A DNA stretch of 37,028 nt from Saprospiraceae bacterium. Lineage in GTDB: Bacteria; Bacteroidota; Bacteroidia; Chitinophagales; Saprospiraceae. The notes below the pieces were generated by a model, which did no database searches, was not told the DNA's origin, and saw nothing but the letters and a program-made list of their open reading frames with translations. The stretch is taken from assembly GCA_043720935.1 (NCBI GenBank), contig JAYSRS010000377.1:1-37028 (forward strand). The letters are read 5' to 3'. How positions within the stretch are numbered: the stretch's first letter is position 1; the number at the start of each line of letters is the position of its first letter. This document shows positions 8,742-17,229 of this stretch, piece after piece. The position numbers and the translations under genes are program-made.

Positions 8742-10880
8742 TTATAACAAATTGATTTTCAACGACATATTCACCACACGCCCGTCAATCGGCGCCCACA
8801 AAGCCCTAAAAGCGGGGTTTGTTTTAGTCCCATCGTACAAGGGTTCTAAGCGGCTTTGTCGAAAATCGGCGAGGTTTTCACCATTCAAAACCAAGGCAAA
8901 ACGCTTGAATTTGCGCTCAATCATACCCGCAAAAAACCAATAATTTTGCGCCTTCGTGCCGTCCGATTTGTATTGATTGCCGACCCACGCGTTTTCGACG
9001 CCAAAACGCCATTTGCCTTCAATATCGTAAGCCAAAGTCATGGCGAATTTGTCTTGTGGACTGTATTTGAGATAAGTTGATGCGTTGTTATTGTCAAAGT
9101 TTTGCGCCAACGTATGGTTATATCCCAAATATAATTCGACAGCGTTGTAAGCAAATCGAACGTAAGTATCTGTTCCCAAAGTCTGAACTGAACCGTTGGA
9201 ATTGGCTAAAAAATCCAAATCTTTAACAATTGGTTTATCAATTTTGACGTAGTAAAACGCTTGATTAATCGTCAAACTAACCTTATCGAATAGGAGTGTG
9301 TGCCAATTGCCATCAAAGTTTAAACCCGTTGATTTTTCAGCTTTTGCGCGGTTGTCAACGCTCAAATTGCCGTTTGCGTCGCTAAAAACGTCGGGTGTTC
9401 GGTAGCCACTGCCGCCGCCGACTCGGAGAGACCAATCGTGGGCGGGTTTGAATAAAACGGACAAACGCGGCAAATAAAACACGCCAAAATTATTCGTTTT
9501 ATCGGCTCTAAAACCGCCTTCGACAATCCAACGCGGGTTTGGTTTCCACGTGTTTTGAACAAATGCGCCGTAGGTTTGATAATTAAAATCACCGCTAACT
9601 GATTGATTGACAAAGGATTGTGTGATAAAATTAAGACCGCCAACTAAATCGTTTTTAGTCGTCGTATTCAAAAAAGACAATTCAGAATAACTCGTCGAAA
9701 ACTTGCCTTTGAAGGGCGAAGCCGCCGAAAAATCCGTCGTTCTGTCCAACAAACTCACCGCCGATTTAGCGGCAATAGAGAAGGTTTTTGACACATCATG
9801 GGCGAAATGACCGTTAAATGTGTTGCGTTGCGTCGCATTTTTTTCAAAAAATTGATGCGACGCACTTGCCGCCGACCCCCTCAGTATATCGATGTCTCCG
9901 CCGTCTCTTTGCTCAAAAGTGCCTGACCAACCCGCATTGATTTTCGTTTTTTCGTTCGACCAAAACAAACGCGGATGCAAGAGCAAACCCCGCACTTTTG
10001 GCACATCCGAAAAGCCGTCACCGTTCACGTCAACGGCTTGTTGGAAGGTTGTACCACCAAAAAAAGTAACGCCAAACTGTCCCCATTTCTTTGATAAATA
10101 GGTATTGATATTCGATTCTTTCAACGTGCTTTGGTTCAAAGTTAGCGTCGCTTCGGGTTTATCAGTCGGAGTTTTTGACACCAAATTTATTAGACCACTA
10201 ATCGCGCCGCCGCCGTAAAGCGTTGACACAGAGCCTTTTATGATTTCAACTTGTTTTAAATCCAAGGGCGGGATTTGCAAAATACCCAAGCCGCCCGAAA
10301 AGCCATCGTACAACGGCAAACCGTCGCGCAGCAACTGCGTGTATTTGCCATCCAAGCCTTGCATCCGCACGACTGAACCACCACTCACCGCCGACGTTTG
10401 TTGAATATGAATGACCGACAAATCGCCCAAAAGACTGCCGATATTTGACGGTTTTATCCCGTTTTCTTCCGTCAATTCTTCCAAACCCAAGACTTCCACC
10501 TTTGTCGGCTGGTCCTCGATACGGGCATTTGTCCGCGTTGACGTGACGACCGCTTCGTCTAAATCGGTGGCTTCGGGCGTCATTTTCAAATTAAAATTTT
10601 TCGATACATCAGTAAGCGGTAACGAGAGCGTCAAAGTGTCCGATTTGTAGCCCACGAAGGAATAAGCCAACGACATTGCCCCATTTGAGAGACCCCTCAG
10701 TATCAAGCCGCCGTCGAGGTCGGTAACGCCGCCTTTTGTTGTGCCGACTTGCACGACGGCAACGCCCACAAGCGGCTCACCATTTTTTTCGTCTGTAATT
10801 TTTAAACTAACATCATTTTGCCCCAATAAATGGGCTGAATTTAGGAACAACAACGCGATAATTAATTGTGATATTTTCAT
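8742..10880 (-). CDS. TonB-dependent outer-membrane receptor
   Basis: 712-aa ORF with a signal peptide, a CarboxypepD_reg-like N-domain (PLVGVAVVQVGTTKGGVTDLDG), a plug (RMQGLDGKYTQLLRDGLP) and a barrel. Confidence 0.9.
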   Translation of the reverse strand: MKISQLIIALLFLNSAHLLGQNDVSLKITDEKNGEPLVGVAVVQVGTTKGGVTDLDGGLILRGLSNGAMSLAYSFVGYKSDTLTLSLPLTDVSKNFNLKMTPEATDLDEAVVTSTRTNARIEDQPTKVEVLGLEELTEENGIKPSNIGSLLGDLSVIHIQQTSAVSGGSVVRMQGLDGKYTQLLRDGLPLYDGFSGGLGILQIPPLDLKQVEIIKGSVSTLYGGGAISGLINLVSKTPTDKPEATLTLNQSTLKESNINTYLSKKWGQFGVTFFGGTTFQQAVDVNGDGFSDVPKVRGLLLHPRLFWSNEKTKINAGWSGTFEQRDGGDIDILRGSAASASHQFFEKNATQRNTFNGHFAHDVSKTFSIAAKSAVSLLDRTTDFSAASPFKGKFSTSYSELSFLNTTTKNDLVGGLNFITQSFVNQSVSGDFNYQTYGAFVQNTWKPNPRWIVEGGFRADKTNNFGVFYLPRLSVLFKPAHDWSLRVGGGSGYRTPDVFSDANGNLSVDNRAKAEKSTGLNFDGNWHTLLFDKVSLTINQAFYYVKIDKPIVKDLDFLANSNGSVQTLGTDTYVRFAYNAVELYLGYNHTLAQNFDNNNASTYLKYSPQDKFAMTLAYDIEGKWRFGVENAWVGNQYKSDGTKAQNYWFFAGMIERKFKRFALVLNGENLADFRQSRLEPLYDGTKTNPAFRALWAPIDGRVVNMSLKINLL

Positions 10881-10987
10881 TTTAAATAATCAGTTAATAC
10901 AATTGTTAAATGATGATTAATGGCAATATGTACATGTTTTTGAGTCGAGATTTTAGGAGCTTACAACATTGAAAACAAACTAAAAAA

Positions 10988-11410
10988 TCACTTCCACACC
11001 AAAACAAGCATACCCGCCAAAATCAAACTACCACCCAGTAAGATTTTAGGCGTAACAGGCTCTTTTAAAACCCAAAATGATAACAAAAGTGTGATAACAA
11101 TGCTCGCTTTGTCAATACTGGCTACATAACTCACATCACCAATTTTGATGGCTTTGTAGTAAAAAATCCATGAAAGCGAGGTCGTCAAAGCTGAAATTGC
11201 GAGAAATAGAATGGCTTTTGGCGTTGCTTGCTGCCACATTTTCACTTCATTGAAAATAAAGGCATTGGCAAGTACGAACACCGTTACAAACAGCGTCCGA
11301 ATGGCTAAACCCACATCAGAAGGCAAATCTTTTAAGCCAAATTTGGCGATAACGGACGTAATGCCCGCAAAAAGCATGGAGATAAGCGCGTAAAGCGTCC
11401 AATTTTGCAT
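10988..11410 (-). CDS. Small EamA-domain (DMT superfamily) transporter
   Basis: 140-aa ORF with about 4-5 hydrophobic helices and an EamA-like N-terminus (LYALISMLFAGITSVIAKFGL). Confidence 0.7.
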   Translation of the reverse strand: MQNWTLYALISMLFAGITSVIAKFGLKDLPSDVGLAIRTLFVTVFVLANAFIFNEVKMWQQATPKAILFLAISALTTSLSWIFYYKAIKIGDVSYVASIDKASIVITLLLSFWVLKEPVTPKILLGGSLILAGMLVLVWK

Positions 11411-11426
11411 GATGAATAGGTGTTAA

Positions 11427-11459
11427 AACTTGACGCAAATTTCTAATTTGCGTCAAGTT
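11427..11459. repeat. Family C gene-end hairpin
   Basis: AACTTGACGCAAATT / AATTTGCGTCAAGTT, a 15-bp perfect stem with a 3-nt loop, 18 nt downstream of the kinase stop codon. Confidence 0.8.
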
Positions 11460-11476
11460 GTTTATTGTTGTTTACG

Positions 11477-12763
11477 TCAAGTCGCCGCCGTTTTGAAATC
11501 CACCGAAAACCGATGCGCGTTTGCCTCAAACCGATAGCCGATGCCAAAACCGTATTGTTGCCCGATGCGCTCCACTAATGACAGGCCCAAACCGACCCCC
11601 TCAGTATCTACGCCCTTTTTGAAGCGTTTAAAAATTTGCTCGGCGTCTAAGGCAGTCGATTTGCCCGTATTGCTCACAACTAATTGATTATCAGTTAGTT
11701 TTATGTGGATTTGACCTTTCAAAATATTGTGTCGAATGGCGTTTGACAAGAGATTGGAGACTAAAATTTCGGCTAAAACGGGGTGAATACTGAGGGGGTC
11801 GGTTTTTGATAACTCGGTCGTGACGGTCAATTGTTTTTTCTCAATAATGGGGGCGAGTAAATCCAAACGTTCGTTTATGAGGTGCGCTAAGTCTATTTTT
11901 TCGGTTTTCTGAAACTGTTGATTGTCAATTTTAGTCATCAACAACAAGGTTTTCGATAGCCGCGACAAACGCCCCACAACCCGAAGCGAAGCCGCAATGT
12001 CATCAACGGCAACGGCGGGTAAATCGGAATTTTGCAGAAGATTGTCGAGCCGATTTTGCAGCAAAGCAAGGGGCGTTTGCAGCTCGTGCGAGGCATTGTC
12101 CGTAAATTCTTTGAGCGTTTGGTAGTCCAATCTTAGGCGGTCGGTCATGCGTTTTAGGTGCCGATTGAGGTTGTTAAATTCATCAATTGTCGTGGGCGCA
12201 AAACTTAAAGAATCCGTTTCTGTAAGTTGTAAACGGTTGATTTTCAACAAAGTATCGTTAAAAGGCGACCATACTGTTTGCGCCAAACGTTGATTTGTCC
12301 AAAAAGTCAACACCAACAAAATGGCCCACAAGACAACGGCTGAACCCGCCGCCACGCCAATTAAATCTTCATCCTCAAGGCTCGATTCGTTCAGTTTAAC
12401 CTCATAAAGTTGCCCTTTCACGCCGAGCGTAAAAGCCAATTGTCGGTAAGGTTCTAACTCACCCGATTCGCTCGGATTGCCGATAAAGGTGTCGCGGAGG
12501 GTTTGATACTGAGGGGTGTTGACAGGCAGCGTCTGCACCTCAAAAACGAAGTCTCTTGTCGAGAAAAACGAAGGTAAACTGTCGTTTTTTCCTACAAATT
12601 GCCGAATTTCGGCGTTGATTACCCGTAAATTTTCATCGGCTTGACGGGTGATAAGTTGCCGAATACCGATGTAAAAAAGCACCGCGCCCACCACAAAAAT
12701 AGCCGCCGATTGCAAAGCATACAGTCGGTTTGTTTTGGTAAGAAGTTTCATCTGTCTGTCCAT
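11477..12763 (-). CDS. Sensor histidine kinase
   Basis: 428-aa ORF with two TM segments, an H-box (SHELQTPL), an N-box (LLSNAIRHN) and a G2 box (GVGLGLSLV). Confidence 0.9.
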   Translation of the reverse strand: MDRQMKLLTKTNRLYALQSAAIFVVGAVLFYIGIRQLITRQADENLRVINAEIRQFVGKNDSLPSFFSTRDFVFEVQTLPVNTPQYQTLRDTFIGNPSESGELEPYRQLAFTLGVKGQLYEVKLNESSLEDEDLIGVAAGSAVVLWAILLVLTFWTNQRLAQTVWSPFNDTLLKINRLQLTETDSLSFAPTTIDEFNNLNRHLKRMTDRLRLDYQTLKEFTDNASHELQTPLALLQNRLDNLLQNSDLPAVAVDDIAASLRVVGRLSRLSKTLLLMTKIDNQQFQKTEKIDLAHLINERLDLLAPIIEKKQLTVTTELSKTDPLSIHPVLAEILVSNLLSNAIRHNILKGQIHIKLTDNQLVVSNTGKSTALDAEQIFKRFKKGVDTEGVGLGLSLVERIGQQYGFGIGYRFEANAHRFSVDFKTAAT

Positions 12764-13425
12764 TTATAGCCCACGCCATAGACCGATTTGAGGTAATCGC
12801 CGCAGCCTTTATCGATCAGTTTTTTACGTAAATTTTTGACGTGCGTGTAAATAAAATCGTAGTTGTCGGCTTGGTCAATCGCATCGCCCCACGCGTGTTC
12901 GACGACGGATTCTTTGGTCAAAATACGGTTTTTATTGCTCAAAAAATAGAGCAACAAATCATATTCCTTTTTGGTACAAATCACTTCGTTGCCGTTTACC
13001 AACACTTGCCTAGTATCGGTATCTATTTTCAACTCATTGAAAATCAATTCATTATGTCCCGCGAATTTACGCCGCCGCAACAAGGCTTTCACCCTTGCGT
13101 TGAGTTCGGCGAGGTGAAAAGGCTTGGGCAAATAATCGTCTGCGCCCAATTCAAGCCCTTTGATGCGGTCGTCGAGCGCGTCCTTTGCGGAAATGATGAT
13201 AACACCCGTCTCCACGCGGCGTTTTTTGAGGTCTCGAATCACGTCTAAACCACTGCCATCGGGCAAACCAATGTCCACAAGCAGACAATCGTAGGCATAG
13301 ACGTAGCTTTTTTCTTCCGCTTCGGCAAGGCTCGCGGCAGTCTCCACGATGTACCCCTCAGTATGAAGATAGGCGGCAACGGTGCTACGAAGTTCGGGTT
13401 CGTCTTCTATCAATAAAATTTTCAT
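12748..13425 (-). CDS. OmpR-family response regulator
   Basis: Start moved to MKILLIEDE (ATG at 13425). It has a receiver domain (LLVDIGLPDGSG) and a winged-helix C-terminus (VYGVGYKW). It overlaps the kinase start by 16 nt. Confidence 0.9.
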   Translation of the reverse strand: MKILLIEDEPELRSTVAAYLHTEGYIVETAASLAEAEEKSYVYAYDCLLVDIGLPDGSGLDVIRDLKKRRVETGVIIISAKDALDDRIKGLELGADDYLPKPFHLAELNARVKALLRRRKFAGHNELIFNELKIDTDTRQVLVNGNEVICTKKEYDLLLYFLSNKNRILTKESVVEHAWGDAIDQADNYDFIYTHVKNLRKKLIDKGCGDYLKSVYGVGYKWTDR

Positions 13426-13666
13426 AGCGCAAAAGTCGAGTTTGATTTTGAAGAAAAACTGAAGTTGATAAAACATTTACGAAATCTATAAGATTTCGTA
13501 AATGTTAGCGCACCTCAACTGTAACCTATTAACGCTCGACTCTATAAACTTGCACAAAGTTTTTCGGGATGGAAAAATCTACTTCAAAATCGCTTCAGAA
13601 TCGTCTTTTACCTTTGCACCATAATTTTTTAAACCGCACGGCAACGTGCTTAAATTTGATTTTACA

Positions 13667-14215
13667 ATGAAAAAGATTTTGTTATCCGTAGCATTTATGC
13701 TCCCCCTCAGTATCGCCTTGATTTCGGCGCAAAATGCAGCATCTACCGTTAATAATAAGGTGGAAAAACACGCGCAAGGCAAAGGTCACGCTGCCAAAGA
13801 GCAAGCAGAACAGACTGAACAAACGGCAAAAAAGGCGAAAACGCCGAAAGCTAAAACCGCCGTTCCCGAAGCCGTCAAAACGGCGTTCAAACAGCGTTTT
13901 CCGCAGGTGAAAAAAGTCGAATTTGACCGTGAGCGCAACGGCGAATACGAAGCCGAATTTAAAGAAAACGGCGTGAAAATGTCCGCTAATTTCACCGCCG
14001 ACGGCATTTGGCGCGAAACTGAAACCGAAATTAAGGTAGCCGAATTGCCCACGGCAGTAACGCAAGCGATTGCGGCTAAATACCCAAAAGCCAAAGTGGT
14101 CGGCGCGGCAAAAATTGAGACGGCTGATAAAGGTACGCACTACGAAGCGGATTTAAAAACGGGCGCGAAAAAGTCGGAAATCTTGTTCGACGAAGCGGGT
14201 AATGTCGTGAAGTAA
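13667..14215 (+). CDS. PepSY-like (DUF2874-type) periplasmic protein
   Basis: The ATG at 13667 gives the signal peptide MKKILLSVAFMLPLSIALISAQ. A Lys/Ala-rich linker is followed by two PepSY-like repeats (VPEAVKTAFKQRFP.., LPTAVTQAIAAKYP..). It is divergent from the two-component pair. Confidence 0.7.
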   Translation: MKKILLSVAFMLPLSIALISAQNAASTVNNKVEKHAQGKGHAAKEQAEQTEQTAKKAKTPKAKTAVPEAVKTAFKQRFPQVKKVEFDRERNGEYEAEFKENGVKMSANFTADGIWRETETEIKVAELPTAVTQAIAAKYPKAKVVGAAKIETADKGTHYEADLKTGAKKSEILFDEAGNVVK

Positions 14216-14239
14216 ACGATTATTGCCAATTTAATGCTC

Positions 14240-14270
14240 ACTTGGCGCAAGTTGTTGACTTGCGCCAAGT
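14240..14270. repeat. Family C gene-end hairpin (GGCG variant)
   Basis: ACTTGGCGCAAGT / ACTTGCGCCAAGT, a 13-bp perfect stem with a 5-nt loop, 25 nt after the stop at 14215. Confidence 0.75.
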
Positions 14271-14344
14271 TGCGTTTGATAGCTTAGTTTTATGATTTTG
14301 CAGTTTGTTTATTGTTGCTTTATTGAAATTGTGCTAAACCTTTT

Positions 14345-14548
14345 TTAGGGTGATACAATCTGCGAAAATCTGAATTGTTGCGTTTTGACCCTTGTATGCA
14401 CCAAGTTCGATGTTGAGTTCGCGCAAGAAGTCTCGCCCGGTGAACCCGTCGAACCTGCCCGCCCGTTTTCGTCCACCGTGTCGTAGCGGTGGGATAGAAA
14501 CAGCGAAGACGCGGCCATTAGAATGAAAAAATAATAAGTTAATTTCAT
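14345..14548 (-). CDS. Small secreted ORF, possibly an N-terminal fragment of a paralog of 20230..21060
   Basis: Signal peptide MKLTYYFFILMAASSLFLS. The stretch GRAGSTGSPGETSCANS resembles PPVGSTGAPSENASCNYSGCH of the T9SS protein, but the ORF stops shortly after. Confidence 0.3.
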   Translation of the reverse strand: MKLTYYFFILMAASSLFLSHRYDTVDENGRAGSTGSPGETSCANSTSNLVHTRVKTQQFRFSQIVSP

Positions 14549-14783
14549 AACTTTTACGGTTTTAAACATTTAAAGAATTATGAGACAGACATAAAAAGGG
14601 CTAGATTGAACCGCCCGTAGGCTGCCAATCTGATTATGTTTTTTTTTAAAAAATGGCTGAACCAAGTTTGAATAGCGGTAAAAACCTGCGTGTGTGGCGA
14701 TGTACAATCGCTGTTAGCCGATTTTAAAACACGGCTTTTGAAAGCTTTTACGAATACCTATTTGTAAAAAAAACGAAAGGGCA

Positions 14784-14816
14784 AACTTGACGCAAGTTCC
14801 AAACTTGCGTCAAGTT
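14784..14816. repeat. Family C gene-end hairpin (consensus form)
   Basis: AACTTGACGCAAGTT / AACTTGCGTCAAGTT, a 15-bp perfect stem with a 3-nt loop, 9 nt downstream of the stop of 14825..16375. Confidence 0.8.
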
Positions 14817-14824
14817 GTCCACCT

Positions 14825-16375
14825 CTAAAATCTATAAACCAGTCCCCCCCTCAGTACCCCAAGCACGGAAGCATCTTTTATATCATACAAAAAATCTGTC
14901 CGCAACTGCACCATCCACCGCCGCGACACATCGGACTCAATACCCACACCGCCGCCGAGCAATTGCTCAATCCGTTTGTCAGTCGTGCGGGTGATATAGC
15001 GTTCATCGCCAACCGACATTTTCTTAAATTCAAATTGGACTGCGCCCGTTGGAATAATCCGACTGCTGTAAGTGGCACTCAACACCGTGCGGACGCGGCG
15101 TTGTGGACTCAAAACGTACTGCACCGAAGCCGTCAACAAGCGGCTGAGCTGTGTCCCTTGAACATATCTAAATTCATAGTCGGGTGCGGGTGCTTCGGGG
15201 CGTTCTGGCAGGTGCAAAAAAGCGGGTGCTTCGGCAGTTTCAAACTTGAAACTTGAAAAAGCCGTGGTTACGTTCAGCCGCCAACGACTGTTGAAGGCAA
15301 TTCCTGCTTCCAAACCAATACTTACTGAGGGGGTCAATTTTGGGGTAAAAGGCAAAAAATTCATCGCGCCCACCTGCACACCTAAGAAATAATTTTCGAT
15401 AAGCGGCTTTTTAATCGGTTCAATTTTGGGTGCTTTTTTCTCAAATTCTATATCTGCCAATTTGAGGGCAGAAGTGTCGGGCGTTTTAGCGCGGCGGGGT
15501 TTAACGGCTGCCATTGAGTCGGTTTTAGGCATAGCCTCTGTGGGTTTAGCGGTAGGCACGGCGGCGGTAGTTGTGTCTGCATTGCGGACAGTAGTGACGG
15601 CGGCACGGTTTTGTTGAGCCGTGTCCGCCACCGCGTTTGCCGCAGGGAATGAAACGGCGGCATTTGTCAAACTATCGCCTGTTTTTGCCAAAACATCAGT
15701 CGGGTGTTGCGGGCTTTCAGCTATTTTGATGGCGTTCGAGTTGGGAATTAATTGGTTTTTAGTATTTTCCGTCGCGTTTTTAGGCGCGTCTGATGCCAAA
15801 GCCGCGCTGTTTGTCAAGTCTTGATTCGCTTTTTGAGTAGAGGTTGAGCCTATATTATTGTCTTGTTTTTTTGAATTATTGTTTAAAAAATCGTCTAAAA
15901 CGGGGCTTGTCGCCTCCATTTTGCGCCCCGTTTCGGTGTTTGAAAAAGTTGGTGTGGCTGTTGTGGTTATGGGTGTTGCGGTCGGTATTATTTTATCAAC
16001 GACATAAATATTGCGGTAAATGGTATCGGTTTTTACCACGACAGTTGTGCGATAAATGGTATCGGCAAGCTGTTCGGCTGCCAAAAGGTTGGGCGCAGTC
16101 ACTGGATTCGGCGACATACTGAGGGGTGTGTTTGGCAACTTCAAAGCCGCCAATTCCTGTTTCAAATGACGCATTTCCCATACTTGCCACCCGTTGCCGA
16201 GTAACAATAAACCCAACGGCAACCAATAAACCCATTTGCCGAGCCACGCGCCACGCGGTTTTTTGAGCGCGTCGAGTTGGGCAAATACTTTCTGTTTGTT
16301 GGCTTCGCGGTTCGGAAAATAAGCGTCGCGGTTTAATCTATCCGCAAAAAAATTGTCTAAGTCCTTATCATCCAT
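14825..16375 (-). CDS. ECF-sigma partner: short N-terminal region, one TM helix, low-complexity linker, C-terminal OMP-like beta-barrel
   Basis: 516-aa ORF, 20 nt downstream of the sigma gene. TM helix WVYWLPLGLLLLGNGW at about residue 50. The linker is Thr/Ala/Pro-rich. The C-terminus has alternating beta-strand patterns and ends LVYRF. It is a paralog of 35555..36931. Confidence 0.65.
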   Translation of the reverse strand: MDDKDLDNFFADRLNRDAYFPNREANKQKVFAQLDALKKPRGAWLGKWVYWLPLGLLLLGNGWQVWEMRHLKQELAALKLPNTPLSMSPNPVTAPNLLAAEQLADTIYRTTVVVKTDTIYRNIYVVDKIIPTATPITTTATPTFSNTETGRKMEATSPVLDDFLNNNSKKQDNNIGSTSTQKANQDLTNSAALASDAPKNATENTKNQLIPNSNAIKIAESPQHPTDVLAKTGDSLTNAAVSFPAANAVADTAQQNRAAVTTVRNADTTTAAVPTAKPTEAMPKTDSMAAVKPRRAKTPDTSALKLADIEFEKKAPKIEPIKKPLIENYFLGVQVGAMNFLPFTPKLTPSVSIGLEAGIAFNSRWRLNVTTAFSSFKFETAEAPAFLHLPERPEAPAPDYEFRYVQGTQLSRLLTASVQYVLSPQRRVRTVLSATYSSRIIPTGAVQFEFKKMSVGDERYITRTTDKRIEQLLGGGVGIESDVSRRWMVQLRTDFLYDIKDASVLGVLRGGLVYRF

Positions 16376-16394
16376 ATTCCTTCATTTTCTGATT

Positions 16395-16865
16395 TTAAAA
16401 AATATTTTCACTCAACATCCGCCGCAAATCCTCTCTTGCCCGCGATAAAGCGGACTTGCAAGCCCCCTCAGTCGTGCCGAGCAATTCGGCAATTTCGGCG
16501 TGTTTGTAGCCTTCAATGACGTACATATTGAACACCATACACCGAATAGGCGAGAGGCGTTGCACCAATTCCAAAATCTGTTCGCGGGTGAGGCGGTCAA
16601 CGATTGAGTCTTCATCTCGAACCAAAGCTGCCTCTTCCAAATCGTATTGCACCAATTTATCGCGCCGCCGATAGTGGTCAATTGCCGTATTGATAACAAT
16701 ACGCCGCAGCCAACCTTTGAAAGATAGGTCGGGCGAGTAATGGGTTGCAATGCGGGTAAAAACCTTGACAAAAGCATCATTTACCACTTCTTCCGCTTCT
16801 TGAAAACTCGCTATATAAAGCGTCGCTACGGTCATGGCGTAGTTGTAGAAGTTATCAAAAAGCAA
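16395..16865 (-). CDS. ECF-type RNA polymerase sigma-70 factor (N-terminus uncertain)
   Basis: Region 2 (VVNDAFVKVF, WLRRIVINTAIDHYRRR) and region 4 (GYKHAEIAELLGTTEGACKSALSRAR) are present. The first canonical start is a TTG at 16865, yet similarity to the paralog continues upstream to about 16931. Confidence 0.8.
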   Translation of the reverse strand: MLFDNFYNYAMTVATLYIASFQEAEEVVNDAFVKVFTRIATHYSPDLSFKGWLRRIVINTAIDHYRRRDKLVQYDLEEAALVRDEDSIVDRLTREQILELVQRLSPIRCMVFNMYVIEGYKHAEIAELLGTTEGACKSALSRAREDLRRMLSENIF

Positions 16866-17229
16866 TTCCTGTGCGCCTCGCTTTTGTTTGATGCAACCTT
16901 CGATGATTGATATGTCTGTTGAGTATTTGATACGCTTTTCGTTTTATTAACCCACACGCAAAGTTTGATTAAAAGGTCACAAGGAAGTGAAAAAAAAGTG
17001 AAAAAAGGTGAAAATACTGAGGGGGGTGTTTTTATTGCGTAAGCCACGCCGCCGTATTTTCAAACCCAATCCAAGTTTTATTTCCCGCTATTTGCCAGCG
17101 TCGACTGCAAATAGTACGCGCCTTTGCTCACAATCTTTGCGCCTTTGGGCAGTTCTGCCAAGAGCCTATAATCTTCGATTTACTGAGGGGGGTAAATGGA
17201 TGATTTGCAAACCTTATATTCCTATTTTT

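Noticed and set aside
12841-14140. Long antisense ORFs opposite real genes, for example 12841..13248, 13682..14140, 13786..14094, 15426..15824, 19273..19788, 20449..20874 and 28369..28749.
   Set aside because: They are shadow ORFs on the strand opposite well-supported domain-containing genes. They have no recognisable motifs and their composition mirrors the sense gene.
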